From NCBI GenBank assembly GCA_965238175.1, contig CBDEGZ010000003.1, forward strand, positions 2,880,001 through 2,944,000: 64,000 bases of DNA, read 5' to 3'. The notes beneath the pieces were generated by a model. That model searched no databases. It was given only the letters and a program-made list of their open reading frames with translations, and was not told where the DNA came from. Made by a program: the position numbers and the translations under genes. Below are positions 1 through 10,860 of this stretch, piece after piece. Source of the stretch: Gammaproteobacteria bacterium (lineage in GTDB: Bacteria > Pseudomonadota > Gammaproteobacteria > CAJXQU01). How positions within the stretch are numbered: the stretch's first letter is position 1; every line of letters begins with the position of its first letter.

Positions 1-212
1 TCAGCTTTTATTGCTCTTGCTTTTAAATCTGCCTGAAGCACAAACACATTTTCTGTCGCCTTGATCAAATCTTCGTTTTGATTATTTTTTTTCGCAGCAA
101 TAACTGCATTTTCGATCAAAATTATTGCATCGTTTTTTTGTAATACAGACAGACTCGTTTGCAGAGAGGATCGCATCATGGGTGAGCTATTAATAATATG
201 CAGTGTAGACAT
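1..212 (-). CDS. tusB: Sulfur relay protein TusB/DsrH (3' end outside window)
   Basis: Hand translation from ATG at 212: MSTLHIINSSP...DAIILIENAVIAA...VFVLQADLKARA; follows tusD-tusC. Confidence 0.8.
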   Translation of the reverse strand, partial: MSTLHIINSSPMMRSSLQTSLSVLQKNDAIILIENAVIAAKKNNQNEDLIKATENVFVLQADLKARAIKA

Positions 213-227
213 GATCAGTATTAAAAG

Positions 228-620
228 TTAATCGTTAAAAACAAAGTCTTGTTGGTTAATTATTTTGCCTAATTGATCAGTATTTATTAATTTAACGGTG
301 ACTAATAAATCTGACGTTTTTATTGCTCTTTTTTTCAGTGATTCTTCCTCGACATAAAGTTGATCAATTTCATAATCTTGCCAGGCATGAAATGCAGGTG
401 AGAAATTTTTTATTCCAATTTCCGCAGGGTCCTGATCACGCATAATCTCTAATACGCCTTCATCCATAAACACTAAACTAACCTTATGTTCAAATGCTGA
501 AAGCGCATAAGCCATGTCCAATGCTTCTTGCGCATGACTGCTTTGGTAAGCTGATTTACGATTAATAAACAAACAGGTTTTTTGTTGGTTCATTTCATGC
601 TCACTCATCTTAGGCACCAA
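228..620 (-). CDS. tusC: Sulfur relay protein TusC/DsrF (true start may be a few codons downstream)
   Basis: A-Y-S-HAQEALD, LVFMDEGV, LYVEEESLKKR motifs; lies between tusD and tusB. Confidence 0.85.
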   Translation of the reverse strand: MVPKMSEHEMNQQKTCLFINRKSAYQSSHAQEALDMAYALSAFEHKVSLVFMDEGVLEIMRDQDPAEIGIKNFSPAFHAWQDYEIDQLYVEEESLKKRAIKTSDLLVTVKLINTDQLGKIINQQDFVFND

Positions 621-966
621 AGGTAATCACGCGATCAGAAACGGTAACCGCTTCGCTCAAGCGGCCAAGTGTGTCGATTTTAAATCCTGGCGCGAGTCTC
701 GTTCCGACACCTCTTTTTTTTGCGACAGTAGAGCAGATGATCAAATCCAGATTATTATCGGTTGCAAGCATTGACCAATTTTTGATCACATCTCGATCAT
801 CCTGTGGTGGCTCCGCTGTATCAACACCATGCCATGCACCATCAAAATAAAAAAACACCTGGACAAGATCGTGCCCCTCTTTTATGAGTGCATTGGCAAA
901 TTTACAAGCTGTATCAGACGACTGTGATTGATACGGGCCATTGTTGACTATGATGGTGAATTTCAT
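610..966 (-). CDS. tusD: Sulfur relay protein TusD/DsrE
   Basis: GPY, VFFYFDG, conserved Cys in ICSTVAKKRG, C-terminal DRVITFG. Confidence 0.88.
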   Translation of the reverse strand: MKFTIIVNNGPYQSQSSDTACKFANALIKEGHDLVQVFFYFDGAWHGVDTAEPPQDDRDVIKNWSMLATDNNLDLIICSTVAKKRGVGTRLAPGFKIDTLGRLSEAVTVSDRVITFGA

Positions 967-983
967 GCGTATAATATGATCAA

Positions 984-1511
984 ATGCTTAATACTTTGAA
1001 AACCCTATTTACCTCGTTTATGGAAATTTGCCTGTTTCGTAGCCAACCACAAGATCTCCCAGCTTCCAATTTTTTTCTTGGAATGCTGGTGCTACTTTCA
1101 ATCGTCTTTGGTTTGTTAATCAATCTGATCAACTTACCATTCGAACACGCGATGTTAGCGGTGATCTTAAATCTGTCTGTGATCGCCATTATCACCCAGT
1201 TAGTTCTTAGACTCTACAATAAATCCTTGCGCTTCAATCAGACACTTATTGCTCAATTAGGCACTGGGATCGTAATAGCAGTCATTGCTATGCCTGTCAT
1301 TGTTATGCTGCAATATGCTGAGGATAACAATGTAAATATGGCTCCAGGAGCGATTCTATGGCTGATTCTTTTTACCTGGGAGCTCTCAGTCAATGCACAT
1401 ATTCTACGTCATGCACTTTCCACCAGCTTCGTACATGGGTTTGTGATATCAGTATTATATCCTTTGATCTATTTTCGACTGTTTGAGTTTCTAATTCCTG
1501 CACAACCATGA
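984..1511 (+). CDS. Hypothetical multi-pass membrane protein
   Basis: 175-aa ORF with several hydrophobic helices; stop overlaps the mpl start (ATGA). Confidence 0.7.
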   Translation: MLNTLKTLFTSFMEICLFRSQPQDLPASNFFLGMLVLLSIVFGLLINLINLPFEHAMLAVILNLSVIAIITQLVLRLYNKSLRFNQTLIAQLGTGIVIAVIAMPVIVMLQYAEDNNVNMAPGAILWLILFTWELSVNAHILRHALSTSFVHGFVISVLYPLIYFRLFEFLIPAQP

Positions 1512-2875
1512 AAAAAATTCACATCCTTGGAATTTGCGGCACCTTTATGGGTGGCCTTGCACTGATCGCACGCGAAATTGGTTTTGAAATCAGCGGCACT
1601 GACGCAAATGTCTACCCGCCAATGAGCACTCAACTTGAAGAAAGTGGGATCACACTTTTTCAGGGCTACAAGGCTGAACACCTTGACCCCGTACCCGATT
1701 TAGTCATCGTAGGAAATGCGATGTCTCGGGGTAATTCGATGGTTGAAGCGGTGCTTGATCGCGGGATCCCTTATACTTCTGGACCACAATGGCTGGCCGA
1801 TAATGTTCTGCAAGATCGTTGGGTTCTCGGTGTCGCTGGCACACACGGCAAAACCACAACCACCAGTATGCTCGCCTGGATTCTGGAAGATGCAAAACTC
1901 AACCCTGGATTTTTGATCGGTGGTGTAGCTGAAAATTTTGGTCTCTCTGCACGGCTTGGTGAACATCCTTTTTTTGTCATTGAGGCCGATGAATACGACA
2001 CGGCTTTTTTCGACAAACGATCTAAATTTGTTCACTATCGACCACGAACCGCAATCTTAAATAATCTTGAGTTTGATCATGCAGATATTTTTGATGATCT
2101 CGATGCGATCAAAAAACAGTTCCATCATCTGGTTCGAACCGTTCCTGCAACAGGTTTGATCATTCATCCACAGAATGACGAAAATATTGACGACGTGCTT
2201 GACCAAGGATGTTGGTCCGAAAGGCAATCTATTAGTCAAAAAGCAAATGACTCCGCCTGGTCGATCCAACCTATCTCAGCAGATTATGGAAAATTTCAAA
2301 TTTCCCATAATACTTCAACTAATAATGCATCATATGAAATTAATTGGTCTTTGATCGGCGAGCATAATGCCATGAATGCCGCTGCCGCGATTATTGCTGC
2401 CCAACACGTGGGCGTAACCCCACAAATTGCATGTGAAGCTTTATCTACTTTCAAAAGTGTAAAACGCCGTATGGAATGTTTAGGAGTGATCAATAACATC
2501 ACCGTTTATGATGACTTCGCCCACCATCCAACCGCCATTGAAAAAACACTGGAAGCACTGCGCCAGCATGTTGGTAATGCACGCATCATCAGTATTCTTG
2601 AACCAAGATCAAATACAATGCGGATGGGTATTCATAAAGATTCGTTAGAAAATTCACTGAATAATTCTGATCATAGTTTTATTTTTCAACCTCCTAATTT
2701 TGATTGGGATATTGAATCAATGATTCAAAACAATCATAAAAATAACATCTGCGATAATATTGATTCCATCATTAGTTCGGCTGTTGAGTTAGCAAAATCA
2801 GGTGATCATATTTTAATCATGAGTAATGGTAGTTTTGCTGGAATTCATACCAAACTGGTAGATGCTCTAAAGTAA
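1508..2875 (+). CDS. mpl: Murein peptide ligase Mpl
   Basis: IHILGICGTFMGG, GTHGKTTT, EADEYDTAFFDKRSKF, DDFAHHP. Confidence 0.96.
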   Translation: MKKIHILGICGTFMGGLALIAREIGFEISGTDANVYPPMSTQLEESGITLFQGYKAEHLDPVPDLVIVGNAMSRGNSMVEAVLDRGIPYTSGPQWLADNVLQDRWVLGVAGTHGKTTTTSMLAWILEDAKLNPGFLIGGVAENFGLSARLGEHPFFVIEADEYDTAFFDKRSKFVHYRPRTAILNNLEFDHADIFDDLDAIKKQFHHLVRTVPATGLIIHPQNDENIDDVLDQGCWSERQSISQKANDSAWSIQPISADYGKFQISHNTSTNNASYEINWSLIGEHNAMNAAAAIIAAQHVGVTPQIACEALSTFKSVKRRMECLGVINNITVYDDFAHHPTAIEKTLEALRQHVGNARIISILEPRSNTMRMGIHKDSLENSLNNSDHSFIFQPPNFDWDIESMIQNNHKNNICDNIDSIISSAVELAKSGDHILIMSNGSFAGIHTKLVDALK

Positions 2876-2994
2876 TCTCTATTTTAAGAAAACCAATTCC
2901 AAATCAAAGCTTTAATCTTTACAAAACATCAAGTTCTTTTTCAATCTGTCGCTAACATTGTAACTACTCACAACATATAAGAGGAACGGCGACA

Positions 2995-3333
2995 ATGGCT
3001 AAACCAAGAATCTCAGACGATCCTTTATTTGCCTTATTGCGTACCGGAAAAATCTCGGAATTTAATTCTTCTATTGCAGCGGGCTCAAGCTGTGATCTGA
3101 CAGGATCGGATTTAAGTCGAACTGATTTACGCGGACTTGTTACTGAGGGTTTGGATTTCAGCAATTGTTATTTCCGTATGTCGGATCTACGTGGTATTGA
3201 TTTCAGAAACTGTAAACTTGAAGGTGCCAGTTTTGCCGATGCTAATATTTCCGGTACTTATTTTCCAAAAGAAATTGCCGCTGAAGAAATCAACATGGCC
3301 TTGGCTCATGGAACGCGAGTCCGTTATCGTTAA
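2995..3333 (+). CDS. Pentapeptide repeat protein
   Basis: CDLTG SDLSR TDLRG ... SDLRG IDFRN CKLEG ASFAD ANISG repeats; AGAGGA RBS. Confidence 0.85.
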   Translation: MAKPRISDDPLFALLRTGKISEFNSSIAAGSSCDLTGSDLSRTDLRGLVTEGLDFSNCYFRMSDLRGIDFRNCKLEGASFADANISGTYFPKEIAAEEINMALAHGTRVRYR

Positions 3334-3370
3334 TTTAAATTAGCAATACAATTCGTAAGCCTGTAAAACG

Positions 3371-4243
3371 CTAATATAAAATCGTATCCTCCGGTTCATC
3401 AATCACTGTATTTTCAATCGTTCCAATACCTTCTATCTCAATTCGACAAACCTGTCCCGCCTTCATGTAACCACGCGGTTTCATTTTCACCCCAACCCCT
3501 GCTCCGGTTCCGGTTGAAATAATATCTCCGGGCATTAATGTAAAAGCGGTGGAAAGCGTTTTGATCATATCGTAGCAATCAAAAATCATTTCGCTGGTAT
3601 TTATCTTCTGGCGCTGTTCATCATCAACCCAGACATTAATATTCAAATTATGCGGATCCGAAATTTCATCTGAAGTCACTATCCAGGGTCCAACGGGTCC
3701 GTGGGTATCGAATGATTTTCCTAGTGTCATCGTTTGCGCCCAAAACTGCCAATCGCGAACTGAAACATCATTTACAATAGTGAATCCAGCGATCACTTTA
3801 TGGGCTTTTTCTTTCGGTACATGACGACATTTTTTGCCAATCACAAATGCGAGCTCTCCTTCATAATCGAGTTTGTCAGAGACTTTAGGTAGATGGATTG
3901 GTTCAAAAGGCCCATTCACGCAACTTGATTGCTTATTAAAAAAAGTCGGAAATGCAGGTTTATCCATTCCCGTTTCAACAATATGTTTTCCATAGTTCAA
4001 ACCGATGGCCAAAAACTTTTGTGGGTTTTGGATCGGTGCTTCAAGATGAACTTCATTCAGAGGAATTCGATCAGAATTTACGTCAATTAAATTTTGTAGT
4101 TTTTCCATCGCAACCGATCCTTCAGCTAAAAAACTAATCATGTCCATGGGTAAATTTTGATCTTGTGATGCATCAACAATTTGATCGTCAACAATCGCAC
4201 CAACTTTCATTTTGTTATTATGCGTGAAAGTTACTAATTTCAT
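3371..4243 (-). CDS. Fumarylacetoacetate hydrolase family protein
   Basis: AIGLNY, LDYEGEL, NDVSVRD, GKSFDT, GDIISTGT. Confidence 0.92.
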   Translation of the reverse strand: MKLVTFTHNNKMKVGAIVDDQIVDASQDQNLPMDMISFLAEGSVAMEKLQNLIDVNSDRIPLNEVHLEAPIQNPQKFLAIGLNYGKHIVETGMDKPAFPTFFNKQSSCVNGPFEPIHLPKVSDKLDYEGELAFVIGKKCRHVPKEKAHKVIAGFTIVNDVSVRDWQFWAQTMTLGKSFDTHGPVGPWIVTSDEISDPHNLNINVWVDDEQRQKINTSEMIFDCYDMIKTLSTAFTLMPGDIISTGTGAGVGVKMKPRGYMKAGQVCRIEIEGIGTIENTVIDEPEDTILY

Positions 4244-4287
4244 TTTTATGCCTTCGTGATTTTTTATGATTTCGATCTATTTAATTT

Positions 4288-5124
4288 TTATATTTTTGAC
4301 AATATTTTTTGCAACATTCTATCCGGTAATATTCTTCTTAAAAAAGCAAAAAAATGCGTTGGGAAAGTAACGAAATAGTGATTTTTAGGTCGAGAACTTT
4401 CTAATGCGTGGATCACTTTTTTTAATACCGCCTCTGGTGGCAAGGTAAACGGGACTGCAGGACCCTCTGTTTCTAATCGATCCATTGTTTTTTGATACGC
4501 CTCTTTATGAACACTATTTTCCACATCGATATGCCGAAGAAATGCCCGTGTCGCATTTGCTCGAAATTGACTTTCTATCGGGCCTGGTTCTACTAAAGAA
4601 ACAAAAATACCACTGTCGTGCAATTCCATTCTTAACGTTTCACTTAAACCGTTCAAGGCAAATTTAGTCGCGTTATAAGCACCTCGATGAGCAAGTGCGA
4701 CTAAGCCCAACACCGAACTATTTTGAATAATTCGTCCTTGTTTTTGTTGTCGCATAACTGGAATGATCAAATTAGTCAACTCATGTGTACCGAATAAATT
4801 AACTTCAAATTGTTCGCGTAAAGCCTCTCGTGTTAGATCCTCAACAGCACCAGGTTGGCCATAAGCTCCGTTATTAAAAAGCGCAAACAAATTACCGCCC
4901 GTAAGTTTCAACGTTTGATCAACACAACTCTGAATCGAGCTGCTGCTTGCCAGATCTAACATAACAACTTCTAAACCTTGTTTATTTAGTTGCTCCCGAT
5001 CAACTTGTTTCCTCACCGTTGCAATGACCTGATAACCTCTTTCTTTCAGGCCAAGCGCAACGCAATGTCCAATGCCTGACGATGCGCCGGTGACAAGAAT
5101 GGATTTTTTCGAATTATTTTTCAT
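4288..5124 (-). CDS. Short-chain dehydrogenase/reductase (YbbO-like)
   Basis: TGASSGIG, NNGAYG, YNATK. Confidence 0.9.
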   Translation of the reverse strand: MKNNSKKSILVTGASSGIGHCVALGLKERGYQVIATVRKQVDREQLNKQGLEVVMLDLASSSSIQSCVDQTLKLTGGNLFALFNNGAYGQPGAVEDLTREALREQFEVNLFGTHELTNLIIPVMRQQKQGRIIQNSSVLGLVALAHRGAYNATKFALNGLSETLRMELHDSGIFVSLVEPGPIESQFRANATRAFLRHIDVENSVHKEAYQKTMDRLETEGPAVPFTLPPEAVLKKVIHALESSRPKNHYFVTFPTHFFAFLRRILPDRMLQKILSKI

Positions 5125-5186
5125 ATACAGGTTTATCTTCTTGGGAGGACATATTATTATCCTGCGGTTCCTTCACTTATGATCAT

Positions 5187-6221
5187 ATGAAAATACTCAT
5201 TTCGTTAACCCTGCTGGTTATTTCGTTTCAGTGTTGGGGTGAATCCTTTAATTTTGATAAAAGAATACCATTTCAACAACCTTTAGGGGCAAATGAACTC
5301 GCAGTCATCATCAATAAAGCCGATCCCTTAAGTGCAACTCTTGGGGAATATTATGTCGCCAAGCGAAAAATCCCTCGCAAGAATGTTATCTATATTCATT
5401 TTGCACCCAATAAAAATGTCATGTCGAAAGAGGAGTTTTCAGTTCTCAAACGTCAAGTTGATGAAGCCACGCCCTTTAACGTACAAGCATATGCCTTAAC
5501 CTGGGTTGCGCCTTTCCGAGTTGACTGCATGTCAATCACAACTGCGTTTGCAATGGGTTTTGATCCGGCATTTTGTGCCGAAGGTTGCAAACCCACTCGT
5601 GAGAATCCTTATTTCAACTCTCTTAGTCGCAGGCCTTGGTCTGACTTTGGGATCCGACCAACAATGTCAATTGCAGCGACGTCGCTACAAAATGGCATTT
5701 CTTTGATCAGAAATGGCGTCGCCGCCGATTTTTCTTATCCGGCTGGAACTGCCTATCTGGTTAGTACCAGTGACAAGTACCGTAATGTGCGATCGCGATT
5801 TTATCCGGATTTGATCAAACGAATAGGTCCAATTTTTAACCTTGAAACAATTAAAACCAATACTCTGGAAGATAAGCATGATGTTTTTTTCTATTTTACC
5901 GGCCTAACAAAAGTAAAGAAGTTAGATACGCTAACCTTTCTTCCTGGTGCGATTGCTGATCATTTAACCTCTGCCGGTGGTGCTTTGACAGGAAGTGGCC
6001 AGATGAGTGCTCTGCGTTGGTTGGAAGCCGGTGCAACGGGGAGCTACGGTGCGGTTGTTGAGCCTTGTAATTTTATACAGAAATTCCCACTCCCCACGGT
6101 TGTCATGCAACATTATCTCTATGGCAATACCTTAATCGAAGCCTATTGGAAAAGTGTCGTCTGGCCAGGCCAGGGCATTTTTATTGGTGAACCTTTAGCG
6201 AAACCTTTTAGCTTGTTCTAG
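5187..6221 (+). CDS. Secreted protein resembling the TIGR03790 family (exosortase-associated distribution)
   Basis: Signal peptide; YY..KRKIP, PGAIADHLTS.GG, AGATGSYGAVVEPC, IGEPL motifs. Confidence 0.75.
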   Translation: MKILISLTLLVISFQCWGESFNFDKRIPFQQPLGANELAVIINKADPLSATLGEYYVAKRKIPRKNVIYIHFAPNKNVMSKEEFSVLKRQVDEATPFNVQAYALTWVAPFRVDCMSITTAFAMGFDPAFCAEGCKPTRENPYFNSLSRRPWSDFGIRPTMSIAATSLQNGISLIRNGVAADFSYPAGTAYLVSTSDKYRNVRSRFYPDLIKRIGPIFNLETIKTNTLEDKHDVFFYFTGLTKVKKLDTLTFLPGAIADHLTSAGGALTGSGQMSALRWLEAGATGSYGAVVEPCNFIQKFPLPTVVMQHYLYGNTLIEAYWKSVVWPGQGIFIGEPLAKPFSLF

Positions 6222-6316
6222 CACTATCTTTTAACCTCATCTTTTGGATTCCAGTTCTTTCTATGGCATGAATTCTGCGTATTAAACTTGATTACCCTAA
6301 ATCGATAAATATTAAT

Positions 6317-7771
6317 ATGGCGATTAAAACTCAAATCGATCTACTAAACCAACGACGTACAAAAATCATTGCAACATTAGGACCCTCTTCTAATGATGAA
6401 TACACCATTCGGCATCTTTTAGAAGCCGGCGTCGATGTGATTCGACTGAACATGTCACACGGTACACATGAGGATCACGAAGCAAGCTATCAGTGTGTGC
6501 GAAAACTGTCATCCGAATTAAATCGTCCTGTGGCTATTTTTGCGGATCTATGTGGCCCAAAGATTCGTACCGGCAAGTTCAAAGACGATCAAATTGAGAT
6601 TACTAATGGCGAGGAAGTCACAATAACGACTCGCGATATTCTTGGTGAATCAGGACTTATCCCCTCGCAGTACAAAGCACTTGCGCAAGACGTAATGGCC
6701 AATGACCGTATCTTAATGGACGATGGCAAACTCGAACTGCGCGTCGAATCCGTCGCTGGAGAAGATATTTCCTGTCGAGTCATACAAGGCGGCACGCTAA
6801 AAAATCACAAAGGGATCAACTTACCCGGTGTTAACGTAACAGCCCCTTCTTTAACTGAAAAAGATGAGAAAGACGCCGTATTTGCACTCAATCTTGGTGT
6901 TGATTTTCTTGCATTATCATTCGTTCGTAGGGCTGCAGATATCCACAAACTTCGCGATCTGATGGATGAACAAAAACTAGATGCCGGCATTATTGCGAAA
7001 TTTGAAAAGCCCGAAGCGCTGGAAAATGCACCTGAAATTATCCATGCTGTAAATGCGATCATGGTTGCACGAGGCGATCTCGGTGTAGAACTCACGCCTG
7101 AAGAAGTCCCAATTGCACAACGAAAATTGATCACCATGGCTAGAGATCTAAATTGCCCAGTGATCGTCGCTACACAAATGTTGGAATCCATGATCGAAAT
7201 TGCGCAACCAACACGCGCCGAAGTTTCAGATATTTCACAAGCCGTTTTCACAGGTGCAGATGCGGTTATGTTATCGGGTGAAACCGCTGCCGGAAAACAT
7301 CCTATACAAGCCGTTCGCATGATGTCACGGATTATTCACCAAACAGAAGCCTATATGTGGCAAGAAAACAGGTTCTCTGCGCTGGAGCGAGATCTAAATG
7401 AATTTGACGAGTCACCTTTTGGGCATGCAGTTGCTCACATTACTGCTGAACTAGCGCAACACCTGCAAATTAAAGCCATCCTTACACTCTCACAGTCGGG
7501 CATGTCTGCCGTTACCATTAGCTCTGCAAGACCCGCTGCACATATGATCGCGATATCCTCTGACGAACGTGTTTATCGCCGCACGAATATGCTTTGGGGA
7601 ACATTGCCAATTCTTGCTAAAGATGCAGGTTCAAAACATCCTAACGTGCTTGCACGCCAGGTTGCTAAAGATGCAGGGTTTGCAAATGAGGGTGAATATA
7701 TCGTTCTGATCCGCGGTTTCCATGCAGAAACTGAATTGAATACACCCTCAGTTACACTTCTAACAGTCTAG
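6317..7771 (+). CDS. pyk: Pyruvate kinase
   Basis: RTKIIATLGP, RLNMSHG, MVARGDLG, ATQMLESM, MLSGETA. Confidence 0.96.
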   Translation: MAIKTQIDLLNQRRTKIIATLGPSSNDEYTIRHLLEAGVDVIRLNMSHGTHEDHEASYQCVRKLSSELNRPVAIFADLCGPKIRTGKFKDDQIEITNGEEVTITTRDILGESGLIPSQYKALAQDVMANDRILMDDGKLELRVESVAGEDISCRVIQGGTLKNHKGINLPGVNVTAPSLTEKDEKDAVFALNLGVDFLALSFVRRAADIHKLRDLMDEQKLDAGIIAKFEKPEALENAPEIIHAVNAIMVARGDLGVELTPEEVPIAQRKLITMARDLNCPVIVATQMLESMIEIAQPTRAEVSDISQAVFTGADAVMLSGETAAGKHPIQAVRMMSRIIHQTEAYMWQENRFSALERDLNEFDESPFGHAVAHITAELAQHLQIKAILTLSQSGMSAVTISSARPAAHMIAISSDERVYRRTNMLWGTLPILAKDAGSKHPNVLARQVAKDAGFANEGEYIVLIRGFHAETELNTPSVTLLTV

Positions 7772-7875
7772 TCTTTCCTATAAATCTGATCTTTATCAGG
7801 TTGATCTAGCTTAGAATGAACTTTTTGTTGATATACTAGAAATTAGTTAATTCTATTCTGTAGGAGATTTTTATC

Positions 7876-8751
7876 ATGATGCGAATTGCATTATTTCTCG
7901 GCACCAATATGGCGATCATGTTGGTACTTTCTATCGTCATGAGATTGTTTGGTGTTGACCGAATGATGGCGGGTAATGGTATCCCTTATCAAGGTTTATT
8001 GATTATGTCTGCGGTCATCGGCATTACTGGTGCTTTTATTTCACTCGCCATGTCAAAAATGATGGCGAAAAAATCGGTTGCTGCGCAAGTCATTGATCAA
8101 GCTTCCAGCGAGCAAGAAATCTGGCTGGTCGAGACCGTCACACGACAAGCACGTGATGCGGGCATCGGTATGCCAGAAGTGGCGATTTTTAATTCACCGA
8201 CTCCTAATGCGTTTGCGACTGGAATGAACAAAAATAATGCGCTGGTGGCTGTCAGTACAGGGCTTTTAGACGAAATGACACGTGATGAAGCTGAAGCCGT
8301 GATGGGTCATGAAATTGCTCATGTCGCGAATGGCGATATGATCACCATGGCATTAATCCAGGGCGTAGTGAACACCTTTGTTATCTTCCTTGCCAGAGTC
8401 GCTGGTTATGTTGTCGATGGTATGCTTTCCAAAGGTGAGCAGCGTGGTAGACCGGGGTTTGGTTATTACATTTCCAGCTTCATCTTTGAAATGATCTTCG
8501 GTTTTCTGGCGAGTATGATCGTCATGTGGTTCAGTCGACAACGTGAGTTTCGAGCCGATCAAGGTGGTGCAGATCTGGCTGGTCGTCAAAAAATGATCGC
8601 AGCTTTACAACGGCTACAATCATTACAGAATCCACAACCATTACCAGAATCGTTAACTGCGTTCGGCTTTATTGGTGGCAAATTTGGAAAATTATTCTCC
8701 AGTCATCCACCGCTTGAAGTTCGTATCGCTACATTGCAAGGTCATAGCTAA
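7876..8751 (+). CDS. htpX: Membrane zinc protease HtpX
   Basis: [28 protein letters not shown]. Confidence 0.95.
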   Translation: MMRIALFLGTNMAIMLVLSIVMRLFGVDRMMAGNGIPYQGLLIMSAVIGITGAFISLAMSKMMAKKSVAAQVIDQASSEQEIWLVETVTRQARDAGIGMPEVAIFNSPTPNAFATGMNKNNALVAVSTGLLDEMTRDEAEAVMGHEIAHVANGDMITMALIQGVVNTFVIFLARVAGYVVDGMLSKGEQRGRPGFGYYISSFIFEMIFGFLASMIVMWFSRQREFRADQGGADLAGRQKMIAALQRLQSLQNPQPLPESLTAFGFIGGKFGKLFSSHPPLEVRIATLQGHS

Positions 8752-8768
8752 AGCTAGTCTGATCAAAA

Positions 8769-9554
8769 GTGGAGCTTAATTATTCACTCCTGAATGAAGG
8801 TAGTGAACACACGCCTATTTTTATCTTACATGGCTTGCTTGGTTCTCTGAAAAACTGGGGAGCTATCGCCCGAAAGCTGTCTGATAAATACACGGTGGTA
8901 AGTGTCGATCTCAGAAATCATGGCCGATCTCCACATACCAAGACTATGTCATATCCAGAAATGGCTGAAGATATAATTCAGCTTGTGGATAGTTTGGGCT
9001 ACCAATCGATCAACATACTTGGCCATAGCATGGGTGGAAAAGTCGCTATGAGTTGCGCGCTTGAATATCCCAATCGCATTAAAACTTTATGTGTGGCCGA
9101 TATCTCACCCGTTACTTATCAGCCTAAATTTGATGACATCATTTCTGCTTTGAAAGCACTTCCGTTAGTTCAGGTAGACAATCGAGCAAACGCAGATCAA
9201 CTATTGTCTGAAACAATAGAACAACCTCAGTTACGTCAATTCTTTTTACAAAATTTGATCAAAGAAAACGATCACTACAACTGGCGTATCAGCCTTGATG
9301 TTATTGAAAAAGCCATGCCGGTTATTTCAGGATTTCCAGACTACGCTGAAAATCGCACTTTCAACAAAGGCGCAATTTTCCTACGTGGCGCGAATTCTGA
9401 TTATATCGTTCCAGAACATCATTCCACGATCAGAAAACGTTTCCCTCAAGCTAAAATCCAGACTTTAACCCATAGTGGTCATTGGCTACATGCAGAACAA
9501 CCTGATCTTTTTTACCAATCCCTGACTGAATTTCTGGACGAAAACGCCAACTAA
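8769..9554 (+). CDS. Alpha/beta hydrolase, YbfF-like esterase
   Basis: HGLLGS, DLRNHG, GHSMGG, GHWLHAE. Confidence 0.9.
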   Translation: MELNYSLLNEGSEHTPIFILHGLLGSLKNWGAIARKLSDKYTVVSVDLRNHGRSPHTKTMSYPEMAEDIIQLVDSLGYQSINILGHSMGGKVAMSCALEYPNRIKTLCVADISPVTYQPKFDDIISALKALPLVQVDNRANADQLLSETIEQPQLRQFFLQNLIKENDHYNWRISLDVIEKAMPVISGFPDYAENRTFNKGAIFLRGANSDYIVPEHHSTIRKRFPQAKIQTLTHSGHWLHAEQPDLFYQSLTEFLDENAN

Positions 9555-9602
9555 AGGCAGAATGCAGCATTCTCGTAATGTGCATCTCAGGAAACAAATA
9601 AA

Positions 9603-10817
9603 ATGTCAGAAAATTCAGTCGATAAAGTCGTTCTCGCCTACTCTGGTGGTTTAGATACCTCCGTCATTCTGAAATGGTTAGAAGATGAATACCAATGTGA
9701 GGTTGTCACGTTCACCGCTGATTTAGGCCAGGGTGAAGAAGTTGAGCCGGCGCGTGAAAAAGCCAAACAAATGGGTATTAAAGAGATCTATATTGATGAT
9801 CTCAAAGAAGAGTTTGTACGCGATTTTGTTTTCCCTATGTTTCGAGCGAATACCATCTACGAAGGTGAGTATCTACTCGGCACTTCAATAGCCAGACCTT
9901 TAATCTCAAAACGACTGATCGAGATTGCAAATGAAACCGGTGCTGATGCCGTTTCACATGGCGCAACAGGTAAGGGAAATGATCAAGTTCGTTTCGAACT
10001 GGGTGCTTATGCGCTGAAACCTGATATCAAAATTATCGCGCCATGGCGTGAGTGGGATCTCTTATCACGCGAGAAATTATTGACCTACGCAGAAAAACAC
10101 AATATCCCTATTGAAATGAAGCAGGGCAAAAAATCACCTTACTCGATGGATGCGAATTTACTGCACATCTCATATGAAGGTGGGATTTTGGAAGATCCAT
10201 GGAATGAGTCTGAAGAATCCATGTGGCGCTGGTCAGTATCACCTGAAAATGCACCAGATAAAGCTCAATATCTTGAACTCACCTACGAGAAAGGTGATAT
10301 CACAGAAATTGATGGTGAAGCAATGTCTCCAGCAACTGTTTTGACTGAGTTAAATCGCATTGGTGGAGAACATGGAATTGGCCGTCTTGATATTGTTGAG
10401 AACCGTTATGTGGGCATGAAATCACGTGGTTGTTACGAAACACCGGGCGGTACCATCATGTTAAAAGGACATCGTGCCATCGAATCGATCACACTCGATC
10501 GAGAAGTTGCACATCTTAAAGATGAGCTGATGCCACGTTATGCGAAGATAATCTATAACGGATACTGGTGGAGCCCTGAACGCGAAATGATGCAACAAAT
10601 GATCGATGCTTCGCAGATGATCGTAAATGGTATCGTTCGATTAAAACTCTACAAGGGAAATATTGAAGTTGCTGGTCGAAAATCTGATGACAGTCTATTT
10701 GATGAAAACATTGCAACCTTCGAAGATGATGCTGGTGCTTATGATCAAAAAGATGCTGAGGGCTTTATCAAATTGAATGCTTTACGCTTACGTATTGCCG
10801 GTAAAAAAGGTCGGTAA
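9603..10817 (+). CDS. argG: Argininosuccinate synthase
   Basis: [32 protein letters not shown]. Confidence 0.97.
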   Translation: MSENSVDKVVLAYSGGLDTSVILKWLEDEYQCEVVTFTADLGQGEEVEPAREKAKQMGIKEIYIDDLKEEFVRDFVFPMFRANTIYEGEYLLGTSIARPLISKRLIEIANETGADAVSHGATGKGNDQVRFELGAYALKPDIKIIAPWREWDLLSREKLLTYAEKHNIPIEMKQGKKSPYSMDANLLHISYEGGILEDPWNESEESMWRWSVSPENAPDKAQYLELTYEKGDITEIDGEAMSPATVLTELNRIGGEHGIGRLDIVENRYVGMKSRGCYETPGGTIMLKGHRAIESITLDREVAHLKDELMPRYAKIIYNGYWWSPEREMMQQMIDASQMIVNGIVRLKLYKGNIEVAGRKSDDSLFDENIATFEDDAGAYDQKDAEGFIKLNALRLRIAGKKGR

Positions 10818-10860
10818 AATAATAAGTATAAGTTACATTCCTACACAACCAAACTTAACC

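Noticed and set aside
1-966. Evidence for dissimilatory sulfur oxidation (dsrEFH)
   Set aside because: No dsrAB or other dsr genes in view; equally consistent with housekeeping tusDCB
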